From: Gemmatimonadales bacterium
Lineage (GTDB): Bacteria > Gemmatimonadota > Gemmatimonadetes > Gemmatimonadales > GWC2-71-9
Assembly: GCA_035760645.1 (NCBI GenBank)
Contig: DASTSO010000024.1
Location: forward strand, 87,331 to 151,330
Direction of reading: 5' to 3'
DNA: 64,000 nt
Position 1 is the first letter of the stretch, and each line of letters starts with the position of its first letter. The notes under the pieces were generated by a model, which searched no databases, was not told the DNA's origin, and saw nothing but the letters and a program-made list of their open reading frames with translations. A program made the position numbers and the translations under genes. This document shows, piece after piece, positions 14,692 through 24,434 of the stretch.

Positions 14692-15746
14692 TACGCTTCG
14701 TCTCCCCCAGCGGTCGGCTGGGCCATGGGCGGCGTCCCGGCGTCAAGCACGCGCAGGTCGCCGTCGACTTCGTCGAACTTCATTCCGAAATTCAGGCCTT
14801 CCCGCTGCAGCAGGTCGGCGATCTCGTTCAGGGCCTTCTCGCCCACGTTCTTGACCTTGAGCAGGTCGTCCTCGCTGAACTCGACCAGGTCGCGCAGGGT
14901 GCGGATGTTCGAGTTCTTGAGCGAGTTGAGCGAGCGCACCGAGAGCCCGAGATCGTCGATCGGGCGGGCGAGCCGCTGGCCGAGGTTGCCGCCGAGGGCC
15001 GCACCGGCGGCGCCGGCGCCCTCGCGCCCGGCGGGCACCTTGCCGAAGTCGGCGAAGAAGCGGAAGTGCTCCCGCGCGAGCTCGGCGGCGTAGGCGACGG
15101 CGTCCTCGGGCGTGATGGTCCCGTTGGTCTCGACCGTGACCGTCAGGCGGTCGTAGTCGGTACGCTGGCCCACGCGGGTCTCGGCGACGGTGAAGTTGGC
15201 GCGCCGGACCGGGTTGTAGATCGCGTCGATGCGCACGAGGTCGATCGGCATGCTGCGATCGGCCGGATGCAGCTCGGCCTCGACGTAGCCGCGGCCCTTA
15301 TTGACGTGCAGCTCCATCGTCACGTCCCGGTCGTCCTGCAGCGTGAAGAGCAGGTGATCGGGGTTGATGACGCGCACGGAGCCGTGCTCCTGGATGTCGC
15401 GCGCGTAGACCGGGCCCGCCCCCTCGCGGCGGATGTGCAGCACCGCCTCGTCCACGTCGTCGGCGAGCACCAGCGTCAGCTGCTTGAGGCGCTGGATGAT
15501 CTGGTGCACGTCCTCGAGGACGCCCTGCACCGTCTGGTGCTCGTGCACGACGCCGTCGAGGCGGAACGCCCAGACCGCGCTGCCGCGCAGGGAGCTGAGC
15601 AGGAGCCGCCGCAGCGAGTTGCCGAGCGTGTAGCCGAAGCCCCGCTCGAGCGGCTGCAGGCGGAACTCCGCCGCGTTGGGATTGTCCTCCCGCTTCGTCA
15701 TCTCGACGAGCTGGGGACGGACGAGACCGGTCAGATCGATTGCCAT
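14691..15746 (-). CDS. rpoA: DNA-directed RNA polymerase subunit alpha
   Basis: 351-aa ORF; [18 protein letters not shown]; [23 protein letters not shown]. Confidence 0.97.
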   Translation of the reverse strand: MAIDLTGLVRPQLVEMTKREDNPNAAEFRLQPLERGFGYTLGNSLRRLLLSSLRGSAVWAFRLDGVVHEHQTVQGVLEDVHQIIQRLKQLTLVLADDVDEAVLHIRREGAGPVYARDIQEHGSVRVINPDHLLFTLQDDRDVTMELHVNKGRGYVEAELHPADRSMPIDLVRIDAIYNPVRRANFTVAETRVGQRTDYDRLTVTVETNGTITPEDAVAYAAELAREHFRFFADFGKVPAGREGAGAAGAALGGNLGQRLARPIDDLGLSVRSLNSLKNSNIRTLRDLVEFSEDDLLKVKNVGEKALNEIADLLQREGLNFGMKFDEVDGDLRVLDAGTPPMAQPTAGGDEA

Positions 15747-15773
15747 GTACGCTCCCTCTCCCGCTCCACTCGC

Positions 15774-16412
<639 letters not shown>

Positions 16413-16415
16413 GAC

Positions 16416-16814
16416 TCAGACCCGCCGCTTCTTCGGGGGACGGCACCCGTTGTGAGGAATCGGCGTGACGTCGCGGATCGACACCACCCGCAGCCCGACC
16501 GAGGCCAGCGCCTGGATCGCGCTCTCCCGGCCGCTGCCGGGCCCCTGGACGCGCACGTGCACGCGCCGGACGCCGAGGTTCATCGCCTCGCGCCCGCAGT
16601 TCTCCGCGGCCACGGTGGCGGCAAAGGGCGTCGACTTCTTCGAGCCCTTGAAGCCCGCCTTGCCCGCGGTGCCCCAGGTGAGCGCGTTGCCGCGCATGTC
16701 GGTGATCGTGATGAGCACGTTGTTGAACGTCGCCGAGATGTGGGCCATGCCCTCGCTCTCGACCACCTTCTTCGACCGCTTGCCGGTCGGCTTCGCCGCA
16801 GTAGGAGTCGTCAT
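16416..16814 (-). CDS. rpsK: 30S ribosomal protein S11
   Basis: [30 protein letters not shown]...; 132 aa. Confidence 0.95.
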   Translation of the reverse strand: MTTPTAAKPTGKRSKKVVESEGMAHISATFNNVLITITDMRGNALTWGTAGKAGFKGSKKSTPFAATVAAENCGREAMNLGVRRVHVRVQGPGSGRESAIQALASVGLRVVSIRDVTPIPHNGCRPPKKRRV

Positions 16815-16817
16815 AGG

Positions 16818-17198
16818 TTACTTCTTCGTCGCCTTCTTCTTGCCCGCGATGGCCCGGCGCGGCCCCTTCTTCGTCCGCGCGTTCGTGTGCGTGCGCTGCC
16901 CCCGCACCGGGAGACCCCGCCGGTGGCGGATCCCGCGGTAGCTGCCGATGTCCATCAGCCGCTTGATGTTCATCGCCACTTCGGTGCGCAGCGCCCCCTC
17001 GACCTTCACCTGCCGCTCGATGATCTGCCGCAGCCGCGCGACTTCCGCGTCGGAGAGATCCCGCACGCGCGTGTCGGGGTTCACGCCGGTCTCCTCGAGG
17101 AGCCGGGTGCTGGTCGGACGGCCGATGCCGTAGATGTAGGTCAGGGCGATCTCGACGCGCTTGTCGCGCGGAAGATCGACGCCAGCGATACGCGCCAT
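16818..17198 (-). CDS. rpsM: 30S ribosomal protein S13
   Basis: [26 protein letters not shown]...; 126 aa. Confidence 0.95.
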   Translation of the reverse strand: MARIAGVDLPRDKRVEIALTYIYGIGRPTSTRLLEETGVNPDTRVRDLSDAEVARLRQIIERQVKVEGALRTEVAMNIKRLMDIGSYRGIRHRRGLPVRGQRTHTNARTKKGPRRAIAGKKKATKK

Positions 17199-17200
17199 GG

Positions 17201-17317
17201 TTAGCCTTGCCGCTGCTTGTGCTTGGGGTTCCGCTTGCAGATGATCCGCGTGACGCCCTGCCGCTTGACGACCTTGCAGTGCTCGCAGATCGGCTTCACA
17301 CTCGAACGAACCTTCAC
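17201..17317 (-). CDS. rpmJ: 50S ribosomal protein L36
   Basis: Own translation (too short for the ORF track): (V/M)[37 protein letters not shown]; GTG start preceded by GAGGAG. Confidence 0.9.
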   Translation of the reverse strand: MKVRSSVKPICEHCKVVKRQGVTRIICKRNPKHKQRQG

Positions 17318-17357
17318 CGTGGACTCCTCGAGAACCAGGGTTTTGGACTAGCTTTCC

Positions 17358-17386
17358 AATATAGACCGCGCCTCGAAGGCACGCAA
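17358..17386 (-). promoter_or_regulatory. candidate promoter of the rpmJ-rplQ operon (TTGCGT-17 nt-TATATT on the minus strand)
   Basis: Read directly in the locally AT-richer 85-nt gap upstream of rpmJ. Confidence 0.4.
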
Positions 17387-17402
17387 GTCCAAGACGATCG
17401 CG

Positions 17403-17891
17403 CTATTCCACGACCCGCAGCTCCGCCAGCCGCCACTCCCCCGCCCCATCCCGCCGGTAGCCCAGCAGCAGGCTCTGGCTGCGCACCTCCTGGGTGCCCG
17501 CCACCCGGAAGCGCCGGCTCAGCTCGACGTAGCCGCGGTCGGGCGAGACCTCGCGCGCCGCGGCCAACTGCAGCCCGACCTCGGAGGCCGGGGCGAGATA
17601 GTCGCCGAGGAGGGCCGCGGCCTGCGCCTGGCCGAGCGGCGCGGCCGGCTCCGCGCCGGGGAGCTGGACCAGCACCCGGCCGCTCGAAGCCACCGCGGCG
17701 GCCGCATCGTGGCGCTCCCACGCGGCCCGCACCCGCTCGGCCGCAGCGGTGAGCGCCGCGGCGGCGGCCACGGCCGCGGGCCCCGTCGCGCTCGGCAGGG
17801 AGTCGGCGCGCTGAGCCCGGACGGCCCCCGGTCTGGCGGCCGCGACGAGCAGACAGGCGAACGCCGCGAGCCCGACCCGCCCGGCCCTCAC
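17403..17891 (-). CDS. hypothetical secreted protein (162 aa)
   Basis: GTG at 17889-17891 overlaps the pyrF stop (GTGA); signal-like N-terminus GLAAFACLLVAAARPGAVRAQ; high GC3; no family recognised. Confidence 0.55.
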   Translation of the reverse strand: MRAGRVGLAAFACLLVAAARPGAVRAQRADSLPSATGPAAVAAAAALTAAAERVRAAWERHDAAAAVASSGRVLVQLPGAEPAAPLGQAQAAALLGDYLAPASEVGLQLAAAREVSPDRGYVELSRRFRVAGTQEVRSQSLLLGYRRDGAGEWRLAELRVVE

Positions 17892-18568
17892 CCGGCCGCC
17901 TCCTGGAGCGCGCGGAACGCCGCCGCCGGATCCGCGGCGGCGAGCACCGGCCGCCCGACGACGAGGTGGGTCGCCCCCGCCGCCGCGGCCTCGGCCGGAC
18001 CGGCGGTCCGGACCTGGTCGCCGGCCGCATCGCCCGGGCGACGGATTCCCGGCACCACGATCCAGCGCCCCGGGCCGATGCGCCCCCGCACCGCGGCGGT
18101 CTCCCGCGGCGAGCAGACCACCCCGCGCAGCCCGCACGCGACCGCTCGCCCCGCCTGGCGCTCCACCTCCGCCAGCAGGTCCACCTCCGACCGGCCCACC
18201 GCCGCACCGTAGCTCGCCGGATCGTGCGAGGTGAGCACGGTGACGCCCACCAGGCCCAACTCGTCGCCCGCGGCGCGCGCGGCGGCCTCGAGCATGACGG
18301 GTCCGCCGAGGCAGTGGACCGTGGCCATCCGCACCCCCTGGGCCCGCGCCTGCTCGACGGCGCCCGCCACGGTGTTCGGGATGTCGTGCCACTTGAGGTC
18401 GAGGAAGACCTCGAGCCCGCGCGCGACGAGCTCGCGCACGAGCGCCGGCCCCTCGCGCGTCATCAGGATCGAGCCGACCTTCACCCAGCGCAGGCCGGGG
18501 AGCCGGTCCACCAGCGCGAGCGCCTCCGCGCCACTCGGCAGGTCCAGCGCGACGATCACCTCCGCCAT
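17888..18568 (-). CDS. pyrF: orotidine 5'-phosphate decarboxylase
   Basis: MAEVIVALDLP..., FLDLKWHDIPNTV motif; ATG at 18568 chosen inside ORF 17888..18598. Confidence 0.9.
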   Translation of the reverse strand: MAEVIVALDLPSGAEALALVDRLPGLRWVKVGSILMTREGPALVRELVARGLEVFLDLKWHDIPNTVAGAVEQARAQGVRMATVHCLGGPVMLEAAARAAGDELGLVGVTVLTSHDPASYGAAVGRSEVDLLAEVERQAGRAVACGLRGVVCSPRETAAVRGRIGPGRWIVVPGIRRPGDAAGDQVRTAGPAEAAAAGATHLVVGRPVLAAADPAAAFRALQEAAG

Positions 18569-18572
18569 CGAT

Positions 18573-19469
18573 TCAGGCGCCTCCCGCGCCGGGCGCATCG
18601 CGTTCGAGGTCCCGCACCACCCGCTCGGGCAGCCGCGGATCGGCGAGCCCCGCCGTGCCGATCGCCACGAGCGTCGCGCCGACGCGCAGGTACTGCCGCG
18701 CGTCCTCCGCGCTCCGGATCCCGCCCACGCCGATCACCGGCATCCCGCCGGTGCGCTCCACCACGCGCGCCGCGGCGAGCACGCCGACGGGCAGGAGCAC
18801 GGGCCCGCTCACCCCGCCGTTGCCGTTTCCGACCCGCGGGTGGCGGCCGTCGTGGCCGAAGAGGAACCCGGGGAGGGTGTTGACGACCGAGATCCCGTCC
18901 GCCCCCGCGTCGCGCGCGGCGACGGCGGTGCCGGCGATGTCGGGCAGCGCGGGCGAGAGCTTGACGACGAGGGCGCGGCGGGTGACCGCGCGGCACTCGG
19001 CGACGATGCGCTGCACACTGGCGCAGTCGGCGCCGAACTCGATCCCGCCGGCGTGGGTGTTGGGACAGGAGAGGTTGAGCTCGTAGCCCACGAGCCCGTC
19101 GAGATCGTCGAGCCCGGCGACGACCCGGGCGTATTCCTCCGCCCGGAAGCCGACGACGTTGACCAGGATGCGCGCCCGCGTGAGGCGCCGCGCGAGCCAC
19201 GGCAGCTCGTCGGCGTGCACCCGGGCGAGTCCGGGGTTGGCGAGGCCCACCGAATTGAGCATGCCGCCGGCGAACTCCGCCACCCGGGGCGGCCGGTTGC
19301 CATGGCGCGGCTCGATCGACACGGCCTTCGTGACGAGCCCGCCGAGGCGCTCGAGGTCCATCACCCCCTCGAGCTCGCGCCCGAAGCCGGCGGTGCCGGC
19401 GGCGAGGAGGACCGGGTTCTGGAAGCGGTGTCCGAAGACCTCGCGCGCGAGTCCCGCGGTCGGCGCCAC
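18573..19469 (-). CDS. pyrD: dihydroorotate dehydrogenase (class 1-type catalytic subunit)
   Basis: 298-aa ORF, FQNPVLLAAGTAGFG, NSVGLANPG, LNLSCPN; GTG start shares 1 nt with the upstream TAG. Confidence 0.9.
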   Translation of the reverse strand: MAPTAGLAREVFGHRFQNPVLLAAGTAGFGRELEGVMDLERLGGLVTKAVSIEPRHGNRPPRVAEFAGGMLNSVGLANPGLARVHADELPWLARRLTRARILVNVVGFRAEEYARVVAGLDDLDGLVGYELNLSCPNTHAGGIEFGADCASVQRIVAECRAVTRRALVVKLSPALPDIAGTAVAARDAGADGISVVNTLPGFLFGHDGRHPRVGNGNGGVSGPVLLPVGVLAAARVVERTGGMPVIGVGGIRSAEDARQYLRVGATLVAIGTAGLADPRLPERVVRDLERDAPGAGGA

Positions 19470-20959
19470 TACTCGACGCCCGGGCGCTTCGTCCCGCCTC
19501 GTGAGGGCTGCGGCCGCTCGCGGTCGCGCAGCCGGTCCCGCGGCGGCAGCGAGTCCCGGACCTCGCGCACGCCCGGCCCGGTGCGCGGCGCTTCCCGGCG
19601 GGCCGCCGCTTCCCGGGCCGCGTCGGCGGCCGTCGCGGCCCGGGCGACCGCAAAGGCGCGCAGCGAGTCCTCGAGCGCGCGGAACTCCGGCGACTGCTCT
19701 CCGCGGAGGGCGGTCACGTAGGGGCTCGTGCTGTAGCGCCCGTCGACGAGCGGCTGCGTCGCCTGCGCGAAGGCGGTGTCGAGTTGCCGTCCCGCGAGCA
19801 GCGCCTTCGGGGCGTAAGGCGACTCGGGCCAGCCGGTCACCACCCGGCGGAAGAGGTCGAGGGCGAGCCGGGGCGCCTGCAGCGAGTCACGCGCGGCCTC
19901 GCCCGCGAGGAAGAGCGCGAGATCGGCGCGGGGGGCGTCGGCCTGGGCCGAATCCGCGACGCCGGCGACCCGGCGTGCGGTGGCCGCGAGCACCTGCGCC
20001 GCCGGCCCCGCCCCGTGCTCGTCGTGGGCGATCGAGTCGAGCTCCGCGAGGACCGGGGCGAGGCCCTCGGGCGCGGCGACCTGCGCGAGCCGCAGCCGCG
20101 CGAGCGCGAGCCGCGTCCGGGCGACCTCGTCCTCCCGGCCGCCGAGGGCGGCGGCCTCGGCCAGGCGGGCCTCGGCGGCGGCCGGGTCCCGTTCGGCCAG
20201 CCGCAGCGCGTCGTCGGTCAGCCAGCGCGCCTGGAGCGCCGGCGAGGCGCCCGGCATCGTGCGCAGGCGGTTCACCAGCGCCGTGGCCGCCCGGGGATCG
20301 CGCCGCCCGAGCACCGCGAGCATCGTGTTCCAGGCGGCGGTCGTGTCCCCGCGGGCGATGAGCGAGTCGGCCACCACTTCGGCCGCGGGCCGCCGGTTCA
20401 GCCCGGCGAGCGCGATCATGCGCACCCCCGAGGCGCGCCAGTCGTCGAGCGAGTCCACGGCGGCGAGCGCGCCGGCCCAGTCCTCGCGAAGAAGCCGGGC
20501 CCGCCCCACCTGATAGTGGGCCTCGCGCCGCCGCTCGGGATCCGCGCTGTGCAGCAGCATGGCGAAGGTCTCGCCGGCGGCGACGGTGTCGCCGGCCTGC
20601 AGGCGGCAGTGCGCGAGGAAGAACGTGGCCTGTTCCAGCTGGTGAGGCTCGGTGAGACGCATGCGCGCCTCGGTGAGCGGCTTCACCGCGTCGCGGCACT
20701 GCCCGAGCTGCATGAGCGCGCGGCCGCGCAGCAGGAGCGCGTCGTCCACCCACTTGCTGGTCGGCTGCCGGACGATGACCGACTCCGCCTTCACCGCCGC
20801 CTGGCCCCAGTAGCTCTGCGCGTCGAAGGTCCGGCCCTCGCGCTGGGCCTTCTCGGCCGCCCGGGCGAGGCGGTTGGCGTTGTACATCCCGTTGTAGTAG
20901 CTGCACCCGGCCAGCGCGGCGAGCGCCACGAGGCCGAGGCGGCGAAGACGCGGGCGCAT
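19469..20959 (-). CDS. TPR-like lipoprotein (496 aa), function unknown
   Basis: ATG at 20957-20959 overlaps the amidase stop (ATGA); signal plus lipobox LVALAALAGCS; Ala/Leu-rich helical repeats. Confidence 0.65.
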   Translation of the reverse strand: MRPRLRRLGLVALAALAGCSYYNGMYNANRLARAAEKAQREGRTFDAQSYWGQAAVKAESVIVRQPTSKWVDDALLLRGRALMQLGQCRDAVKPLTEARMRLTEPHQLEQATFFLAHCRLQAGDTVAAGETFAMLLHSADPERRREAHYQVGRARLLREDWAGALAAVDSLDDWRASGVRMIALAGLNRRPAAEVVADSLIARGDTTAAWNTMLAVLGRRDPRAATALVNRLRTMPGASPALQARWLTDDALRLAERDPAAAEARLAEAAALGGREDEVARTRLALARLRLAQVAAPEGLAPVLAELDSIAHDEHGAGPAAQVLAATARRVAGVADSAQADAPRADLALFLAGEAARDSLQAPRLALDLFRRVVTGWPESPYAPKALLAGRQLDTAFAQATQPLVDGRYSTSPYVTALRGEQSPEFRALEDSLRAFAVARAATAADAAREAAARREAPRTGPGVREVRDSLPPRDRLRDRERPQPSRGGTKRPGVE

Positions 20960-22305
20960 CAGCGGCCCTCCTTCGGTTTCGGCGTGGCCGCCGACGCCGG
21001 GACGGTCCCCGCGCTGTCGGCGGCCACGCCGGTGCGCCGCTCGTAATCGCCGAGATAGGCCACGATCGCGTCGGCGAGCGCGGCGGCGAGGCGGCGCTGG
21101 CTCGCGGGCTCGCTCATCACGCGCGCGTCCTGCGGATTGGTGCTGTAGCCGAGCTCGACGAGGACGGCCGGGCGGCGCGCGGTGGTGAGCACCATGAACC
21201 CCGCCTGCTTCACGCCCTTGTCGGGGCCGTTGTGCACCTTCCCCAGGTGCCCCTGGACGAGCTCGGCCACCTGCGCGCTCTCGCGCAGGTGCTCGTTGAG
21301 CTGCAGGTCCTTGAGGATGAAGTCGAGCCCGCCGGTAGCGGCCGGCAGCTCCTTCGTCGCCTCGAAGCGCACGGCCTCGTTCTCCATCCGGGCCACGCGG
21401 GCCGCGTCCTCGGTCTTCGCCTCGGCGAGGAAGTAGGTCTCGAAGCCGCGCACCGCGGTGTAGCCCGGCCGCTTCGGGAGCGAGTTGACGTGGATGCTCA
21501 CGAAGAGGTCGCAGCGCGCCGTGCAGTAGCCGCCGCGGTCGCCGAGGGCGATGAGGGTGTCGGTCGTGCGGGTCATGCGCACCGCGACGCCGCGCGCGCG
21601 CAGCGCGTCGCGCAGCAGCAGGCTCACCTGCAGCGTGACGTCCTTCTCCCGGACGCCGCGTGGAAAGAACTCGCCCGGATTGCCCGGGTCCACGCCGCCG
21701 TGCCCGGGATCGATCGTCACGAGATGGCCCGGCCGCAGCTTGCCCGTCGGCGCCGCGGTCGGCCGGGCGATGCCGGCCCGCGCCGCCGCGGGCTCGGGGC
21801 CGTCCCCGTCGCCCGCGGCCGTCCCGGTCTCGAGCGGCATGGGCTTCCACCCGGCCGTCACCGCCACGGCGCGGCTGGTGCGGTCGCTCAGCCGGCCGGT
21901 GAGGGGATCGTACTCGAGCCGTTCGGCCGCCCGCGGCAGCACCTCGGCGACGAACTGATAGGGGACGAATACCGAGTCGCGCATCACGCTCGCGGTGGCG
22001 GAGAGCGGATAGAGCTGGCCGTCCAGGGCGAAGATGGGGCCGTCGAGGAGGAAGCGGAACGAGCGGCTCGCGACGCTGAGCTCGGCCCAGCCGTCGGTCA
22101 GCGTCAGGGAGCCGGCGAGCGCGGCAGCGAGCGGCGCGGCGGCGAGCACGGGCGCCCCGGTGCGGTCGAGACGCACGGGCACGCGCGCCTCGCCACGCGC
22201 GGTGGCCACGAGGACCGCGGGTGGGATGGGCGCCGCCGCGGCCACGGCCGGAGCGCCGGCCAGCGCGAGCAGCACGGCCGCGGCGAGGCGCGCGCGGCGG
22301 CTCAC
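20959..22305 (-). CDS. N-acetylmuramoyl-L-alanine amidase (Amidase_3 type) with an N-terminal accessory domain
   Basis: GTG at 22303-22305 overlaps the smpB stop (GTGA); signal peptide; catalytic part IDPGHGGVDPG ... LFVSIHVNS ... ETYFL. Confidence 0.85.
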   Translation of the reverse strand: MSRRARLAAAVLLALAGAPAVAAAAPIPPAVLVATARGEARVPVRLDRTGAPVLAAAPLAAALAGSLTLTDGWAELSVASRSFRFLLDGPIFALDGQLYPLSATASVMRDSVFVPYQFVAEVLPRAAERLEYDPLTGRLSDRTSRAVAVTAGWKPMPLETGTAAGDGDGPEPAAARAGIARPTAAPTGKLRPGHLVTIDPGHGGVDPGNPGEFFPRGVREKDVTLQVSLLLRDALRARGVAVRMTRTTDTLIALGDRGGYCTARCDLFVSIHVNSLPKRPGYTAVRGFETYFLAEAKTEDAARVARMENEAVRFEATKELPAATGGLDFILKDLQLNEHLRESAQVAELVQGHLGKVHNGPDKGVKQAGFMVLTTARRPAVLVELGYSTNPQDARVMSEPASQRRLAAALADAIVAYLGDYERRTGVAADSAGTVPASAATPKPKEGR

Positions 22306-22790
22306 TGGCGCCCCTTGTGCGAGGTCGCCCGCGCCACCTCGCGCTCGGCGATCCGCTTCTTGAGGTCCTCGCGCTTGTCGTGCTGCTTCTTGCCGCGGCC
22401 GAGCGCGAGCGCGACCTTGGCGCGGCCGCGCCGGAAGTAGATCTCGAGCGGCACGAGCGTGAGTCCCTGGCGCTCGACGGCGCCCACGAGGCGCTCGATC
22501 TCGCGCCGGTGCAGCAGCAGCTTGCGCGAGCGCACCGGGGCGTGGTTGTACCGGTTCCCCTGCTCGTAGGGCGTGACGTTCATGCCCTCGAGGAAGACCT
22601 CGCCGTTCTTCAGCCGAGCGTAGGCCTCCTTGATCGAGGCCTTTCCGTTCCGGAGCGACTTGACCTCGGTGCCGGTCAGCACGATGCCCGTCTCCCACGT
22701 GTCGAGCACGTGGTAGTCGTGGGTCGCGCGCGGGTTGCGCGCGACGGAAATCTTCCGCTCGTCGGCGGGGGGCGTAGAGGTCGGCTTCAT
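22302..22790 (-). CDS. smpB: SsrA-binding protein SmpB
   Basis: ATG at 22790 inside ORF 22302..22871; ARNPRATHDYHVLDTWETGIVLTGTEVKSLR. Confidence 0.93.
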   Translation of the reverse strand: MKPTSTPPADERKISVARNPRATHDYHVLDTWETGIVLTGTEVKSLRNGKASIKEAYARLKNGEVFLEGMNVTPYEQGNRYNHAPVRSRKLLLHRREIERLVGAVERQGLTLVPLEIYFRRGRAKVALALGRGKKQHDKREDLKKRIAEREVARATSHKGRQ

Positions 22791-22859
22791 GGTGTCGCGT
22801 GTCGCAGCAAAGGATAGGCCACGGAGCGGCCGAGGGCAACGGGCCCGCGCCCGCGCGCC

Positions 22860-22888
22860 TTGACCATCCACGGTGGACCGGCTACTTT
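22860..22888 (+). promoter_or_regulatory. candidate promoter of tRNA-Leu (TTGACC-17 nt-TACTTT)
   Basis: Read directly; the -10 element ends 10 nt before the mature tRNA 5' end. Confidence 0.5.
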
Positions 22889-22898
22889 ACCGCGCTTC

Positions 22899-22982
22899 GC
22901 CGAAGTGGTGGAATTGGTAGACGCGCTGCGTTCAGGGCGCAGTGGGCGCAAGCCCGTGTGGGTTCGAGTCCCACCTTCGGCA
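22899..22982 (+). tRNA. tRNA-Leu (anticodon CAG), type II long variable arm, CCA not encoded
   Basis: Acceptor GCCGAAG/CTTCGGC plus discriminator A; anticodon stem CTGCG/CGCAG with loop TTCAGGG; T arm GTGGG-TTCGAGT-CCCAC; variable arm TGGGCGCAAGCCCGT. Confidence 0.9.
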
Positions 22983-23017
22983 CTGCCGGCAGTCGCCGGC
23001 GCGTTCCAGCAGGCTCC

Positions 23018-23054
23018 AATCGAAAACCCCGGTCCTGGACCGGGGTTTTCGATT
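23018..23054. terminator. 17-bp perfect hairpin, bidirectional terminator candidate
   Basis: AATCGAAAACCCCGGTC-CTG-GACCGGGGTTTTCGATT; T-runs on both strands; lies after tRNA-Leu and 134 nt past the convergent moeZ-like stop. Confidence 0.7.
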
Positions 23055-23188
23055 TATGGGGGGACTACCGCCGCCCAGGAGCTCCTCACGAACCATCCCT
23101 TCGACGCGAACTGCTTGGCCGCGCGTCTCCGAGATGCCTGAACGACGGTAGCCCGATCCTTCCGGTCTGTGTCGGCCAAACCTCCCTG

Positions 23189-24355
23189 CTAGTAGCGCCG
23201 CACCGTGGGGTCTACCTCGACGGCCCAGGCGTCGATTCCCCCGGCGAGACTTCGTACCCGCTCGAATCCGGCCTCCCGCAGCAGCCGCACCGCCCGCAGC
23301 GAGCGGGCGCCGTGGTGGCAGTGGGCGACGATCTCCACCCCGCGCTCGAGCTCGTCCAGACGGCCCGGCAGCTCGCCGAGCGGGATGAGCCGCGCCCCGG
23401 GGATCCGGGCGATCTCCCACTCGTGCGGCTCCCGCACGTCCAGCACCACGGGGCGGGGCCCCTCGCCCCGCAGCGCCGCGCGCAGCTCGGCGACCGAGAT
23501 CTCGTCGCCCGCCGGCGCGGCCGGCTCGTGCATGCCGCAGAAGGCCTCGTAATCGATCAACGCCCGGATCGTCGGTGCCTCCCCGCAGACGGGACAGGCC
23601 GGATCCTTCTGCAGCGCGAGCTCCCGGAAGCTCATCCTCAGCGCGTCGAAGAGGAGGAGCCGCCCCACCAGCGTGTCGCCGCGGCCGAGGACCCACTTGA
23701 TCGCCTCGAGCGCCTGCAGCGCGCCGATGATACCGGGAAGGACGCCGAGGACGCCCCCCTCTGCACAACTCGGCACCAGCTCCCGGGGCGGCGGATCGGC
23801 GAAGAGGCAGCGGTAGCACGGGCCCCGGCGCGCGTCGAAAAGCGAGACCTGGCCCTCGAAGCGGAAGATGCTGCCGTAGACGTAAGGCAGCCCCAGCAGG
23901 ACGCAGGCGTCATTGACGAGATAACGGGTCGGGAAGTTGTCGCTGCCATCGAGGACGAGGTCGTAGCCGCGAAGGACGTCGAGGGCGTTCGTGCTGTCGA
24001 GCCGGAGCGGGTGCATCGCGACGCGGACGCCGGGATTGAGGTCGCGCAGCCGCGCCGCCGCGGCCTCGAGCTTGGGCCGGCCCACGTCGCCGGTCCCGTA
24101 GAGGACCTGGCGCTGCAGGTTCGTCGTGTCCACCCGGTCGAAGTCCACCAGCCCGAGCGTGCCCACCCCGGCCGCGGCGAGGTAGAGCGCGGCGGGCGAG
24201 CCCAGGCCGCCGGCCCCGACCAGGAGGATGCGGGCGGCCTTGAGCCGCCGCTGGCCCTCGATCCCGACGTCGGGGAGCGAGAGGTGGCGGGCGTAGCGGT
24301 GGAGGTCGTCCGGCGTGAGGTCGGCCGGGCTCGACTCGAGCAGGGTCATCGGCAT
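23189..24355 (-). CDS. ThiF/MoeB-family adenylyltransferase fused to a C-terminal rhodanese domain (MoeZ/MoeBR-like)
   Basis: ATG at 24355 (MPMTLLESS...); ILLVGAGGLGSP, CYRCLF...CPVC Zn motifs, C-terminal IVAHCHHGARS rhodanese active-site loop. Confidence 0.85.
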   Translation of the reverse strand: MPMTLLESSPADLTPDDLHRYARHLSLPDVGIEGQRRLKAARILLVGAGGLGSPAALYLAAAGVGTLGLVDFDRVDTTNLQRQVLYGTGDVGRPKLEAAAARLRDLNPGVRVAMHPLRLDSTNALDVLRGYDLVLDGSDNFPTRYLVNDACVLLGLPYVYGSIFRFEGQVSLFDARRGPCYRCLFADPPPRELVPSCAEGGVLGVLPGIIGALQALEAIKWVLGRGDTLVGRLLLFDALRMSFRELALQKDPACPVCGEAPTIRALIDYEAFCGMHEPAAPAGDEISVAELRAALRGEGPRPVVLDVREPHEWEIARIPGARLIPLGELPGRLDELERGVEIVAHCHHGARSLRAVRLLREAGFERVRSLAGGIDAWAVEVDPTVRRY

Positions 24356-24434
24356 GGTCCGGCAAGGCCCGAAAGGGCAGACCCGGCCGCGGGGCCGGGT
24401 CCGGGGTCCGACCGCGCTGCCTCCGCGACGGGCG

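Noticed and set aside
17207-18392. Several overlapping 170-330-aa ORFs rich in Arg/Pro/Gly/Ala on both strands
   Set aside because: They overlap rpmJ, the secreted hypothetical and pyrF in other frames. Only the C-terminal 162 codons of the 17403..18392 frame (signal peptide, GTGA junction) were kept.
19469-21850. 793-aa and 626-aa extended ORFs covering the TPR-lipoprotein and amidase region
   Set aside because: The N-terminal extensions run out of frame through the neighbouring real genes. Signal peptides and NTGA junctions mark the true starts at 20959 and 22305.
22791-23188. tmRNA (ssrA) next to smpB, or a genomic island integrated at tRNA-Leu
   Set aside because: The gap contains only an 84-nt tRNA-Leu and a terminator. 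There is no room for a tmRNA of about 350 nt. There is no integrase, no direct repeat of the tRNA 3' end, and the flanking genes are housekeeping.
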